Shown: positions 1 to 13,825 of the stretch, in pieces | How the letters are laid out: each line of letters starts with the position of its first letter | Position numbering within the stretch: position 1 is the first letter of the stretch | Assembly (NCBI GenBank): GCA_905178155.1 | Contig: CAJINV010000003.1 | Location: forward strand, 6,485,691 to 6,549,690 | Direction of reading: 5' to 3' | Origin: Amoebophrya sp. A120 | Lineage: Eukaryota > Protista > Dinoflagellata | Length of the DNA stretch: 64,000 nt | The notes under the pieces: model-generated | The model's input: only the letters and a program-made list of their open reading frames with translations | The model's database searches: none | What the model was told of the DNA's origin: nothing | Program-made: the position numbers and the translations under genes

Positions 1-192
1 TTCCCGTTGGCCGTTTCCCGTTGGCCGTTGGCCGTTTCCCGTTGGCCGTTGGCCGTTGGCCGTTTCCCGTTGGCCGTTTCCCGTTGGCCGCCCGTTTCGC
101 GATGGACATTGGGCGATGGGCATTGCGCGATGGACATTGGACGGCGGACAGTGGGCGACTGGGCGATGGACATTGGGCGATGGGCGATGGGC
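1..192. repeat. 7-bp minisatellite (CGTTGGC/CGTTTCC grading into CGATGGG/CATTGGG/CGATGGA)
   Basis: Tandem heptamers read directly; the three overlapping ORFs here are repeat artefacts. Confidence 0.85.
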
Positions 193-363
193 GAACTCCC
201 AGAAGCTTGTGAAGGTTTGGAAATTACAAAAAAAGTTTCGACGTGGGCGGTTTTCTTTCCCGTCGCAAAATTTTAACTTGCGCAGCTCAGCAATAGGAGT
301 TATAGATACGTCTCTTCGACATTAATTGCCTGGTGTAGAAGACAAAATCACCGCTTCAATCAG

Positions 364-1417
364 ATGAGGCTTATCGGGGGAAAGCTCGTTCCGAACGAAG
401 AGGAACAAAGCGCGTCCGTGCCAGTCGAGTACCGACTATGGAGAAGGAAACACCATCCCGACTGCTATTTACTTGCACGCCGAGCTGCTTTGCCTTTTGT
501 ACACAAGAGAGCAATAAAGGCAATGAGTACTACGTATGCACTTTGTTTGATTTCTGCCAAGACTATACTGAATAGAGCGGTGTCTTCTAAACTAAAGAGT
601 CCTTGCCGCATGGGCCAGACGAAAAAATAGTGAGCGGATTGGTTTTTTTCTTGCATACGGCCGGCCAGCGGGCTTCGAGGCGAAGGAGTCCAAGCTGCGA
701 AAACACCGTGATGCCGCCACGGTCGCGGTTTTGTCGTCGCGAGAGCGAGTGTATCCACGAAAAATAAAAAATGTGCGTCAGTGTGGTAGAATGATTTTGT
801 ACTGGGTGAGCAACACACTTTCTCTCATACTGGCTTGTGTCAGGAACAAGAGTTCAGTCTGTCGTGGAGAAGAAGATGCATATCATGGTGCTTTTAGTCC
901 AAGAAGAGAGCTTGAGTACTGCACGACGTTGCACGCTTTTTCCTTGCATAAGGTGCTTCCGGATGCGGCCTTCAACTTGGAGCATGGGTTTGAGGTGCCG
1001 ATCTCGCTGCCGCGAATGCAGGACGGGGGCGCACGGAATGTTGATCCCCGGGAATACAACTACCCGGAGCCGGTGGACCCCACCCGCAGAGCGTTCCCAA
1101 TGACGTTTGGGGGCCCGGTCGCGCAACAGGTTTTTAACACGCGCGCGGGCAACGCGGGGCACTCACCCCTGCGCGCGGCAAAGAGCGCGAACTCAGCGGT
1201 CGCACGGGTCAAAGAGGAGGACAACCTCACCGCCGGAAACCACCCAAAGCCCTTTTACTCTCCCCCTCCCAAGGACCAAGTCGGTCAAGAACAGCTTCTG
1301 GGAGAGACAGCAGACTCGCAGGCCCGATACGTGTACGCAAGGATGACTCCGGCGCAGCTGAAGTGCCGCCGGATCGCGCACAAGAAGTACCACCCGCGGG
1401 CGCAAACGCACTGGTGA
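364..1417 (+). CDS. Hypothetical multi-exon protein
   Basis: GC-rich exon-like blocks (364-, ~660-751, 951-1417); removing insert 752-950 plus 5 nt joins ...LSSRERV|LPDAAFNLEHG... Confidence 0.5.
752..950. mobile_element. Old introner-type intron (TAT...ATA)
   Basis: Left TATCCACGAAAAA vs right reverse complement TATGCAAGGAAAAA; flanks GAGTG/AGGTG; 749-952 is a 204-nt GT-AG intron. Confidence 0.65.
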
Positions 1418-1523
1418 GAAGTGTGTGAGGTAAAGCACGGCGGCGACGAGTTCAGCTATCCGATAATGAAGTACTTGTACAGAAACAAAAATGATTTATT
1501 ACCCCCCTTCTCAGCTCCGAAAA

Positions 1524-2271
1524 TCAATTGCACAATTTGTTGCTGCAGCGATGATGGTAACGGCTTCCAAAGATTATTTCGATTGTGTGTCGATAAGTAA
1601 ATTGTGCGGAGCTGTTTAATAGAACTCTCTCGAAGATCAAGATTTTGCTTTCAACTTTATTGTAGGATTGATCATCTTCTTCTACCCTTTCCAAATGAAA
1701 ACGGAGTGCAAATTTCGACGATAGGAATTCAAAGTCGTCGTGATAGTGGCCTATGTAGATGCAGGGATACTGCGATGCTGTTGCTTTGACAAGATTCAAG
1801 ATCCAGGCTGTTCTTGAGTCGAAGGCTGCGCGCTTGTTCGAACTTGTCGCAGGAGCGAACTGTTCTGCGAACCCTCCATTTGCATTTTTAGTCTGCAACC
1901 ATTGATGGCTCCGCGTAATAAATGAAAGATCAGTCGTGTATCCAGTTCGATTTGATTCTGAAGCGGATCAGCAGCGCAATCTGAGTCAGTGCCGCGTTTT
2001 CACTTTTTCAACGATCCGCGATTCGTTTTCCTGAAGTTTTTCAGCTACTCTCAAGAATCAGAATGTTAATTTCCTTTCGCTGATTTTGTTGACTTCCAAC
2101 TTCAGGCCAACACATTTTCATTTTCTGTAGAGGTAGAGACTCAGCATTTATTTCTTCTTTTGTTGTTTTATATATGGATACGGAAGTAGTAGAGCCAGTT
2201 CGACATGCATAGAAGGGCGCCGCGTCGAGAGTAACTAAGGATTGTCTCACGACGGCTGCTAGCAGGCGCAT
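1524..2271 (-). pseudogene. Possible minus-strand coding relic
   Basis: Two protein-like minus ORFs (2041-2271, 1524-1898) in an intergenic gap; no motif recognised. Confidence 0.2.
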
Positions 2272-2401
2272 CCTCTCGGAAAACGATTTTTTTGCTATTG
2301 CTCCCTCCGAATCAACCGGATGCCGTTACGATTACGGTACTAGCTGTTCGTAAAAAGTCTATTTTATAAAGCAGTAAAACTAAAAGTTGAATCTAGTCAA
2401 A

Positions 2402-4274
2402 ATGATGGGTTACAATCGGGCCGGCGAAGTGGACATGGGTTCGGGATTCCTCGGCAGTGGCGGTCTGGACGACATGGAATCGGCCGAGGTGGAGGCAGTT
2501 CGGGCGGCTTGTGACGCCCTTCCCATCGAGACGGGCAGTAAATTGAAGGTAAGTTCTTGTTTGCACTCCTTGTTCTACATTTGTGTGCACACGGCTGCAA
2601 TGTCTTTTCTGGTTTTATTTTCTTCTGCGCATCAGATACAGATTCCCTCTACGCAGCCGAGAAATTGAAATTATGAAGGAAGCCAAAACAAAAACACAGG
2701 CGATGTTTTCCAGCAACGGGTTGACCATGGCTGATTTGGATGTAAAATCTGTGATGGAACTGGCACGGTTGCATATCACATTGCAAGCAAAAGTTCTACA
2801 GCACATGGAGAACGAGAGGGTAACTAACTGCATTTTTTTAACAAATAATGACGCACCACTTCATTGTGTTGTCCGCATGACTTATTTTCGAAACAATTTA
2901 CCATAGTACTGTACTTCTTCTACTACTTATATGTGCATAGCGGTCTTGCTGCGCGACCGCCTACACTACAGCCAGTGAACACGTGACGGTCGGCGCACAC
3001 GGTTTTGCGAGCGCAGGTAGAAGGTCAACATGGGACGTTACATAAAAACCGGTTTTTGACGGACAGCAACACAAACTAACAGGTATTTTTGTGCAATTCG
3101 CGGTCAAAGTCCCGATTTCTAATCTCTACCTGCGAACGGGCCAAGCAAGGCGCTCTGGACGTGCGCGGCTTTGGAGCAATAGATCCGTGGAAAAGTCACT
3201 TGAACAACATAGCAGTCTGTAACACGAAGGACGTCGATCTTGTGGAAGAGGAGGAATACCTGGTGAAACTTGACAAGGAGCTAAACTGCGGACTGAACGC
3301 AATCGTTTCGCTCGAGGTCCACGTGTCGAAAGCAGTTTGTCCCATGCTAGCAGAAATCAGTACGTCTTACTTATTTGAGCCTAGTGATCCCACCTGCTTT
3401 TTGTTCGTGTCTATGTGATGTTGTAGGAAAACAAAATGTATGACCTTGCCGTTCGGTATAGTGCCGTGGGAAGTAGCTCAGCGCATAAACGCATATAGTG
3501 CTTATTTTTCCAGCATTCGTATTTTCGTACGAACCTATATCAAAATCAATCTTACAACCAGGTCCGGTAGAGCTAACTTTCACGATGGCAAGTACTCTGG
3601 ACGAGTTGAAGGAGAAGTTCCTCGCCATGGGCTGCACGGTGAAGCTAAACCACATGAAGCTCCGGCTCGCCACCGATAACCACGTGAACGCGAATTTGCA
3701 GCCCGCGAACTGGAATTACCTCGGCTTTCTGCGGGGGGACCGGACCTTCGCGTACTACAATTTTCCTGCCGCCGGTTCCACGAAATCAGCGGGCGTGAAG
3801 CTGTCCCTTCTGACGCGCGCACGTGGCGGGGTGCGACTCCGGAAGGATCTGTCGCGTTCGAATCGGCAGCCAGACACCCGCCCCAGTTTACTGGAGCAGA
3901 CCGCCGTCATGACGGCGATGCTCCAGAACAACCCGACCGGGCACGGTGCCCCGGAAGGTGCTATTATCCGAGATCCTAACGCGGTGGTGCATAACAGCAT
4001 CGGCACCGCGGCGCCTGGACTTCCGCAGGCAGGGGCCCTCGGGCCGATGATGGTGGCGGGGATGCAGCGAATGATGACGCAGTGGCAAACCTATCTGGCA
4101 AACACAGCCGCAGCCAAGCAGGAGAAACTGGAGATAGCCGAACGGGTAGAGGCAAACAAAAAAGCAGCGGCGGATGCAGAGGCGGCAGCAGAGGCCGCGC
4201 AAGGCACCGGTGCTGCGGCACCAGACCCTCTCGCCCGGAACCAGCCTGCGCCCCCGGCCCCGCCCGCGGAATAA
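2402..4274 (+). CDS. Hypothetical multi-exon protein with Ala/Pro-rich C-terminus
   Basis: Exon-like blocks 2402-2548, ~2640-2820, ~3100-3330, ~3560-4274 separated by AT-rich introns (GTAAG at 2549). Confidence 0.55.
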
Positions 4275-5899
4275 AAATTGCGGTGAAGATACAATAACCC
4301 AAGAAGGACGTCGCCACATGGCTTGAGTAAGTATTGCACGACTTATGGTGCATGAAACGTGAATTTCGCACTACCCTCTCTCTGATGTACCCCGACGACA
4401 ACATACGAGTATTGTGCCGCAGAATGATGTTGCGTGCAACCTCGTGATCCAACAAGCGGCTGCGCGGGTCTTTCTGTGAAAAACGAAACGTCGCGATCAG
4501 CCTACCGCCAGTTTTTTCGGTGCATGTTGTTCAACAACGGAAGACAAGCCTCACACTTAATCGACAGTACGTTTGTTGATCCGCTTCGTTCTCACTCTAC
4601 TCGGGTTTTCGTATTTGAGATCAAATCATTCGCAATGGATCGCTTCTTGTAGCGAAGGATGGAAGTCGCGTTCGTCAGCTAAGAGCTTTTTCTTTGTGAT
4701 CGAAAACCTCTCGTTACACGAATCAGCGCGAAGATGATTGCTCTCGGTCGTACTACGCGAGAGGGCATATCAGCTAAGAAAGTACAGCCTTGCAACACAT
4801 CTCATCCATCGCTCGCATAGTGCATACAAGGCTTTTTTTTGGTCGTCAGTCGTCACTTCCAGAGTGTTTGCTACGGAATCCGTCGTCGAGAATTGTTACT
4901 CGTTAGGAACCACGGACCAACTGCTCCGACCCTGTCCTTGTTGACACGTCAGTCAAGGTTAGTTTGCGGTGCACAGATGTCGTCTCCGTCGACTGCGTGG
5001 TGTTTCAACTCGCAATCGGTTATTTATCTACACAACGAGAGGCTTCGCTACAGATCGCATATTTCGAAGGTACAATGCAGAGATTGGATGCAGAGAGCAC
5101 GGAAATCATTTATGCTTCCTGGCTTCTGATCAACGAACAGAAAGAGCCAGAGCGACTGCATTTTGCCTAGTGGCTCGCGCAAGTGATGGACTTTTTTTGA
5201 ATGAAGAGATGGAAGTATCCGGCTAGCAGCTGCTTATTCCCGTAGCGCAGGCGATCTAAGTGCAAGATGTCGTGGCGCGTGCGGACCGATGAGCCCAAAT
5301 ACCCGAAGGGCTTTATCACACAGAAGAAGACTCGTAGCAAATCACATTTGTAATGCGGAAATATATACGCAGAGACACTACATCGTCGGTGAGCTGGCCA
5401 AGTACAATTAGGCAAGAGAGGGTCTGGTGTATATTTGTTTTTGCAATACAAGTATGTTTGTATTCTGTGCTATTTTTTTTCTGTGGCATAGGGTTTCCGG
5501 AGTCCATGGACCGCGACGGCGGACTATACAATGCGTGGTGGCAGCGCGGGGGGAATCAGATCGCGGAATTTGTAATCAAATAAACACACTTGTTGTTAGA
5601 ACCTAGCCATACGATTTGATGATGCTTTTCATGCAAGGCGGCCTGCAGGCTCGCGCACACATTTGAGCTCGATCTATTAAGTTCTCATCCAGCTGAAGAT
5701 GGTTCGTGCGCGGCCAAAGTAAACCACAGCAGAATTTTCATTCGTCACAGAAGACACATGAAGCGTCGCTGTGGAAGAGTGAGGAAATTGTGCATTCATG
5801 TCTTTTAGTTCTTCACGGGCTTGCAATCGGGCCACAACCTTTGTGGACCCGGCGGTTTATTGTTGAATCAAAACGCTTTTACAGATCGAGAAGGAGCAC

Positions 5900-8719
5900 A
5901 TGTACCGCGCGAAGTTTTCCGCCCCTCCAGAGTGGATAGAAACGAAGCCCTTCAAGGACGTGGACAAAAAGTTTGCGAAGCTCCAGCTCTTAAAAAATAC
6001 GGACTTCCGGAAGAAGATAGGTCGTCGCAAGATGTTGTCCACGGAAAAGCGCGAAGCGGGCGGGTGCAGCGTGCTAAGCGACGGGAGCGACGATTCCCCA
6101 AGCCGGGTCCGAACCTCCGCTGCAGGACAGGCGGTGCCCAGTGCGGTGCTGGGTTCGGGCGGCAGCAGTTCCGTATCCGAGCTCATGAAACTCGAGGAAG
6201 GCGCGACCGTGTCGCCCGAAGAGTTGGCTCGCCGAAAGAGCACACGGGAAGCAGCCAACGATCGGCGGTTCTACAAGGAACGGGGCAGCAAAGGTGTCAA
6301 GTATCTTGCGTTGTATTTCGCGAGGATCTCTTCGAATAGGGATCTTCGAATGCTGCTTTTATACAAGATTTTTAGCAGCCGATATTGATCTTGACTTTCC
6401 CTTCGTAGAGAGTATACGAATCTCAGCCACAGTTGTTGGCGTTGTGGTACCTCTTCAAGAGGATGAAGTAGATCTGCAGACGTTTTATTGAGCATTCTTT
6501 ATGATTTGATGTCGCGTTGGGATGGTGATGGAGGCTAGGAAGTTGTTCATCTAAGCTGTGCATACTCAAAAGGAAATCAAGATGCCTATCGATACTACTG
6601 TCCAAGGAATCGTAACTGGATAAAATTGGAATTGCGCAGGCACCTACAAGTTCGGACAGGAGCCAACGGCAGAGGATCTGAAATACCTGAATCGAACGCA
6701 AGACGAGCGCACCGCTGCAGGAAAGTCGGGAACCTACAGGTGAATAAAGATGAGGTCTGCGTTGGTAGAAGCGCGGCAACTAATTTGCGTTACAAACCAT
6801 GCAAACGGAACTGCGCTTGTGCGACGTGGCATGGTTCGTTATTTCTGGTCTTATTAAATTTCCAAGATACCACTTTTCGTTTTCCTCGACTCGTGGTAAC
6901 ATATCACTAGTGATATTTTTCTTACTTACATATAAGGTTCGACGATAAGTGCACGGAGGACTACTCGCAGAAATGGGCGGAGAAGCCAGCAAATGCCCTT
7001 GCGGACCGAGTGCCTCCGGAATCCGCCGCCGCGTTTGCGGAACTGACAAGGAACAATCAGAATGACCCCAAGCTGCTGAACGAGGAGAGGCGCGTGCTCG
7101 GAAAGAAGACCGAACACAAAATTCGGGAACAGGACGAGGAGCGGAGGCGAAACAACACGAACAGCCGCGGAAGTAGTACCCAATCCACCCGGAAGCTACC
7201 CAGCGCCCAGGGCATTACGGTCGACGTGGCCCAGGAGCTGTGGTACCTTGACCCGCTCCCCGAGGCAGCGTTCGAAAGAAGCACGAGCTCCACGGCCCCG
7301 AACGCGCATAGGAACGCGAAAAAAAAGAAGAAGAGTGACAGCACCCAACTGCTTCCCGGGGCGTTAGATGCGGAGGCCTGGGTGAAACCGGATCTCGACC
7401 CGGAGCGTGCGAGCGCAACTACGACGAGTACCAGTTTTGTCTTTTGCTTGTTAAAGTCGTGTGAGGAGTAACGCTGCACTTCCTATTTTCTAGAACATTA
7501 CGTACAACAGCAGCGTTGCAGCAGTGTTAATGGCCATGCATGTTCCATGATGGAGAAAGCATGCGCTCATGATCAATCACTGGCAAAATCAAACAGACTT
7601 GCGGGGCTCAGCGAAATACACGCAGCATATCAAAGTACCGAAGCACTTGAGGCGAGAAATGATGGGAATGAAAAAGGGCGGCCCGCTCTTACCCTACAAG
7701 GCTCTCCAGCGGCTCACGACGTACAGCGACCTGGACTATTCGCTGCTGCGAACGGTACTTTTCGTTTTCCTTGTTCTTTCGACGGTGTGTGTAGAATCCA
7801 AGACCAGTGGGTGGTGCGGAGATGAATTTGTAGTTTGCACTGTTTTCAAGAGCGAGGAAAGAATTCCTTGAAGCAACTGAAAAGGAAAGGGCGCTGCGTC
7901 CGCAGGACTTGGCCATCAAAGTTGCTTCTGCATATTTCTCGGCTGACTCACTCTTACTTTTGTTTCTAACCAAACAGGACCTGCAAGAAGAGGTGAAGAA
8001 GACGGGGGAAATTAAGCAATATTTCGATCGACATCCATATTTTCGGAAAGGGCAGAGGTCGAGATTCTACAACAATAGTAACCGCGTCGCAGAGCTCGTG
8101 CACGCAGGTAGCCTATTCTTTCAGTGTTTTCAGTAAGAAAAGACCCGCAGATTTTCATCATCTGAATAGTTTCTCTTCTCGGAGAGAGTTGGTTTCCTCT
8201 AGGGCATCAAGAGAAACTGGCGAGGAACGAAAAACTTTCGGAGAAAAACAATAAATAACTTGCAGGGGCGGCAGAGAACTTCCCAGGGTGGGATTCAGAC
8301 GCAAAACAGTATCCGGGGTATCCGTTCTATAATGAGGAGGACGGGCGGGAGAGGGACCCGTTGCGCAAGCACGTAGGCGAGGACACGTTTGCAGCATGGG
8401 ACAAACCCCTGATCAGCGAACCGAAGGAGCGCCAGTTCTCGAAGCCCACGGAAAAGATGCGGATGCTCGAAAAGCAGTTGCTAGCGCAGTCCCAGTATCC
8501 TGTGCAAAAGCACTGTCGCAGCCGTACAACATACTGCATCAATATTGTGTGACAAATGTTGATTTACGGTCACTCTCTCGACCATTGATTGCTGTTTTCT
8601 TGAAAAATGAAGAGTTAGTATTGTGCAATCGATCCGACGACCAGGCAGAACTACTCGTGCGACGATGCTTTTGCCTTGCATACCAAGCCCATATCGGACG
8701 CGTTCCCACCGGACCATGA
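5900..8719 (+). CDS. Hypothetical multi-exon protein
   Basis: Successive + strand exon-like ORF pieces (5900-6300, 6369-, 7010-7430, 7570-7755, 8340-8505); no domain recognised. Confidence 0.5.
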
Positions 8720-9742
8720 CAGCGATCCGGATGAGCCTTAAAAACGGCACCGGGGATGAAGCAGACTGCACAGGAATGTGAATTTTCCAGCTCCAACATC
8801 GGACGGGAGACGCATCATTGTGTTGTATGATAATATCTTGCGCATGCGCCCCCCGGTTCTCGAGGAGGCAAGATCTGCGGAGCAAAAAATGCAAAATGCC
8901 TTCTGTGATTGATGTTTAGCCTCATGCGTGAGCTTTGTTCTGCTTCTGCGGGGAGCTGGGCGCGGACGCGCGAGCTCTACTACTTATTCAATCCAATTTA
9001 TACATAAGAGTCTGAAATATAGCGTTCCAACCAATGACGAACTCGTGAAGAATCCAATCAAAAGCAAAAAAGAGCGCGACGCTGTGAATGTTACCTTTGC
9101 CATTTAGGTCGAGTTTTCGCTCGATCAAGAGTTAAGCTAATGAAGAGCGACGGGATGAAGTGCCAACAAGTTGTCACTCCTCCTTTGGCAATGTGCTTAG
9201 CAGCTCGTTGTTGTACAATATGACCAAGATGACACTGTATTTTGACGGCGAACTACTGAACACTCACACTGTATTTTGACTTTGTACTATCCACCGACAG
9301 ACTTCTCGGAAAATGAATGCGGAAGGGCCTGAATAAAGGTGCTTTCGCGTGACTGACTCCGTCACAGGACGGATGCATGATTGTTTGCAAGCTGTAAGCG
9401 TGACTTGTGTACATGGGATGTTGCGTTTCTCAAGCACTGAACTAGCCCCTCTTTCCGGGGAATTCGCCCGGGTTTTATTCGCTGATGGAGATTGATTGGC
9501 GCGGGTAACTGCCGCGTGTTGCTTAATAAAATGTTTGACAAGCGGATGCGGACTTGGTCATGGGCGGAGTTTGTAAATCTTCAAGGACGCCACATTGAAC
9601 AAGCAGTCACCAAGAACTTTTTTTGGGGTTGTTTTTTCTTGATGTGATAAATGATATTTGTGACCAACCACCTGAGGAGAAAGCTATAAAAGAAGACGGG
9701 CCTCACTTTTTACTTTGCACAAATTTCCGGGAACAACAAATA

Positions 9743-10588
9743 ATGACCGAGTTAGGCGTTTTGCGTGCAAAACAAGCTCGTGATGCTTGCTTGCACTGCC
9801 TGCAGGGCGGTACTGTGACAGTATCCTGCACCTTGCCCTGCAGCTCGCGAGCGAGACTTCCAATACGACGAGCGCATCCCAGTTGTAGCTCCAGCAGTGT
9901 TGCGAGAAAGTTTTGCAGCGGCAGGCCTGCAGCCGCGGTGCAGCCGGACGGCAGTGGCGAAACCCTTTTGTCCCTTGAGGCCCGTGGCGACGAGTCTATT
10001 GTGTACCCTGTTGCGCTGAAGACATGGGAGTCAAAGCAGCACTTCGCCCGCAATCTGCTCGCGCGACTGTCCGGCATCAGCGAGAGGGACATCCGCCCGT
10101 TGTTTGCGAAGGAACAGCTGCGCGCCATCTATGAAAAGGCGGAGTTGGCGGATCGGCGGTTTTTTGAAAGGAAGCACGTATTATATTTGGCAAAATTTGC
10201 GGAGAAACTACTGGACGAGCGAAAGAGCAACAATGCCCTCAGCATAAACAACGCAACCATTCCCCTGCCCGAACTGCACAGCATTCTAGGTGAGGAGCTG
10301 CGACGCGCAAAGGAAAGCGATGGCTGCACGCTTGGTGCTTCAGCGGACGGAGAAGAGACCAAGGCTCATGGTCAAGAAGCGCCGGATGGTGCGCGGCCTG
10401 CTGGAAAGACCGACTCATCGCGTGCAGTGGCCACGCCCGTTCCGTTTCTCGTGAAGAAAGATCGCAACCTGCGCGTGGTTCGTATTGTGCGTAAAAACGT
10501 CCCCTCCTCAGAGTCAAGATGGACACTGAGCAACCTAAATCCAGAAGTTTTGGGAGTCACGCATGAAAAGTTGCTGTCTGGAGTGTAG
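9743..10588 (+). CDS. Hypothetical protein, single exon
   Basis: Long ORF (9623-10588), first ATG at 9743, Arg/Ser-rich N-terminus. Confidence 0.5.
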   Translation: MTELGVLRAKQARDACLHCLQGGTVTVSCTLPCSSRARLPIRRAHPSCSSSSVARKFCSGRPAAAVQPDGSGETLLSLEARGDESIVYPVALKTWESKQHFARNLLARLSGISERDIRPLFAKEQLRAIYEKAELADRRFFERKHVLYLAKFAEKLLDERKSNNALSINNATIPLPELHSILGEELRRAKESDGCTLGASADGEETKAHGQEAPDGARPAGKTDSSRAVATPVPFLVKKDRNLRVVRIVRKNVPSSESRWTLSNLNPEVLGVTHEKLLSGV

Positions 10589-10729
10589 GGCAGGTCAGCG
10601 AGGGCAGTCGCATCACAGACCCATCTGCTCCTCCTGTTTGCAGCATTTCAGAAATTGAAAATAAACACGACTAGAAAAAATGCGTCTCATGATGAGGATG
10701 CGCATTGCGAATGTTCCACGATCCTGTAG

Positions 10730-13700
10730 ATGCAAAAACCATGCGACTACAATTCTGGGATTGGGACGTTTCTCCGCCGGATAGTTCGCAAGCTCGCATT
10801 TGCCATGGAAGAGCAGCGGATGCGTCGGTCGGACGTGCGTAACAATGTTGACGGCTGTACTAGTAATCAAGATCATGCGAACGTGGGAGGACCCACCTCC
10901 TCGGAGGATGAATTACGGAAACGGCTACTTGCGTCCTGCCGAACGATTATTCAGGAGGGTTTGCGGAGTTTCGACGAGGCAATATATTACAAGTGGAGTC
11001 GTCCGAAATTTTCGCCGACTGAGGCTGATCTGCCCGTGGGTGAGGATCTTCACTCCACTGGATCATACAATTCTGTGGATGATGAAGAGGATGCTAGAGT
11101 GCCTAAAGCTGATGATGCGGCAAGTAGCGGTGGCGGGCCGGTGCTGGTGGAAATAGAGGCATCTTCTTCCCAGGGAGAGGTCGACCTACAGATGAAGGAA
11201 CTACGTGAGCCGCCCCCAGGCGACGTCGACGAAGCGTACTTCCAAACGAAAGAGGCGGGAGCGCGATCACTTCGAGTGCCGCCGGACCAGGTAACACGGC
11301 AGGAGGAATTTGCTATGCGAAAAATCTTCGACGCTGAGCTGAAGGAGTTTTTTCGGGCACGCAGGACGCAGGAGCAGGAGGAAGACGCAGGCCAGAGGAC
11401 GAGTACAACAGCGGAGCTTAGTCAGGAGGAGTGGCTGAGCTCAACGTGGCCACCGCGTCGGTTGCGGGAACTCGTGGCTCCGATCTCCAGCGCGGTGGCT
11501 TTTAGTTTGGAGAATTTCGCTTCTTCTGAGGAAGCAGCAGACCATATTAACCATATGAGTAATGCGGCTGCAGGAGTTGTACCAGGGAGGGGTAGTCGTG
11601 CTTCGTCGTGTAGTAGCGAAGATGCCGACGTGGTCCAGAGAAGAAATCAGTCCGGACAACAAGAACGGCCGTGGTCTACAAGGTCGGGTGGCCGGCCGCA
11701 CAGGCGGCCAGGACCAGTGATGGTGCCGGAGAACATCAACCCGGACTGGGAAGAAGAAGCCCGGCGTGTCGCGAAAGAGCAAATCAAGGAGCAAGAAGCG
11801 CGGTTGCTTGTCATGTGCCAGAAGAAGCATCTGCGGATGCGGCTGCGCGACGAAGTTCGGCGGCGCCGGGGCGGGGACGATCCGCCGAGTTCGGAAGCGA
11901 TTCACATGGCACTCATGGAGATTTTCGTGGAGACCGGGACGGGAGCAACAGTGACCGCGGTCACGGATGAGGCCTTGTACGCGAAGCTGCAATCAGCGGA
12001 GGCGGAGCTGCGCAAGCGCCGCGCACTCGAGCAGGTCCGGAAGAACCTACGGGTGTGCGTATCTCGCCGCTACGGTGCCGTTTTGGATTTTTCCCAACTT
12101 TTGCAGGTGTGGTCGCGAGACATGCAGCAACAGCTCTTGATCGAAGCAACCCTGCAACTTCACCAACCTGGGAATGCGGTATACAAGTGAAAATACAAAT
12201 ACTTAGATCCATTATTTAGGGCGGAAAAATCGGCAAATATCATCATTTTTGCAAGCGCACTTGTTTGGGGGGTAAAAAAAGGTTTTTTGTCGGGGGCGGA
12301 ACATCTTGGAAGCCGACACGCCTCGCGTGTCACTTCATCTTTTCCACAGGAAACATGATAGCTGAGCTTCGGAGATGCCGCAACACCAAGACCAGAAGCA
12401 GGCCACAGTGCCTTCGCTCTGTGCGTTGTCGCTCAGATGGCCGGACGCTGTGTCGTGGGCCCGCTCTTCGAACAGTGGCCGGGCCGCCTCCCTGACCGGG
12501 GCTCGACGAGGCCCTTCGCCCGGAGAAGGAGGCCCGGCCAGGGGAGGTGGTCAGGGGGGTGCATTTTTGCCCCTCCCGGACACCCCTTCCGGGCACCCCC
12601 TTCAGGCAGCTTTGGGGTAGCCTATGCCGACCCCCTCATCCCCATTGGAAACTGCCGATTTTGCGTGCCCAAAAAAGGTAGCCCAGAGGCAGCCCAAGCC
12701 GACCCCCCTACTCCCCCCCCTTCGGCACCCCCCCGGAAGCACTCGACTGCTGGCGCGTCCGCCTTCTCCATATCCGGTCGGAGAGGGAGGATGAGAAGAT
12801 ATGTGGGCGCGTCCGGAATTGAATGCAGGACATTGGGTGCGGCATCCCGCGCCAGAGGGCCGCAGGCGGGTGGAGCTTCAACAAAGTCCGGCGGTTTTAT
12901 TGGAAAAAGGGGAGGGCCGGATGGCGGACCGTAACACCGAAGTGCGGCGCCAACATCTAAATGGCCAACAGGAAAAAAAGCAGTACCTACACCCCCAACA
13001 GCCAGAATCTTTTTACCCCCCCAAAAAGTGCGCTTGCAAAAATGATGATATTTGCCGATTTTTCCGCCCTAAATTATTTAGAAGATTTAGATTACTGCAT
13101 GTGGGAAAATGTAGTGGCATAAATATGGCTACGTAGTTTTTCGAGAAGAAACCTGCTGCTTCATGCCGAAGAACCTTATGCTGTGCCAAGAAAAATCTCT
13201 TTTCCAGGGTAAGGATCTTGTTGCCCTGTTGCGATACCAGATCGATAATTCGCTGCGACTGCCAGAAGTTGCGGAAAAGCTGAGATTGCTCGTGCACTCG
13301 AGCCTGAAAAATCAGATGGCTGCGGAGGCGTCCAAAATCGGATTGGCCTTTGATTCGGCGGAATGGGACGAACAGGTAAAAAAGCGAATTGATTTTTAAA
13401 GAAAGGCTCGCGCTTTCTATGCAAAGTAAACACCTGTCCGCCTCGGCTTTGTACTCATCACTTTTGTGAAGTAGCTTTCCGTGCGTTCCCCTAAAAGTTT
13501 TAACATACGAGTAAATTCAACACAGAAGCTCGACCGTGTTGCAAACGTAATGGCGAGTGCGTACCGAAAAACGAAAGTCTTTGACCAGGCTCTTGCGAAG
13601 AACATGATACGGAGTCAGCTCGTTACGCGATCGGACGACAAGACTACGACTGCTCCTGCGGGGCACCGGTCAGCAAATCTAAGTCTCGGCGGAAGAGAAG

Positions 13701-13825
13701 ATAAGGAGTCGCTGATCAACGACAAACCAGGGCCCCAACGTCATGCACTGTCGTCAGAAGAAGATTTTCATGCAAGGATTCGGCAAAAAATGAAGCACAG
13801 TATCGCTTCTGATGACGTGTATTGA
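10730..13825 (+). CDS. Hypothetical acidic/coiled-coil protein, multi-exon
   Basis: 486-aa ORF ending at an intron that holds the MITE, then exon-like ORFs 13163-13376 and ~13530-13825. Confidence 0.5.
12215..13073. mobile_element. MITE with ~60-bp terminal inverted repeats (TIRs)
   Basis: TTTAGGGCGGAAAAATCGGCAAATATCATCATTTTTGCAAGCGCACTT at left is the reverse complement of the right end; flanked by TTA/TTA (or TA/TA if the TIR starts at GGG); GC-rich non-coding interior. Confidence 0.9.

Noticed and set aside
1-192. CRISPR array or telomere
   Set aside because: No unique spacers and not a TTTAGGG-type repeat
4434-5226. Possible gene between 4.4 and 5.2 kb
   Set aside because: Short ORFs only; no consistent exon chain or motif could be built
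12265-13136. ORFs inside the MITE
   Set aside because: GC-rich shadow ORFs with no DDE motif
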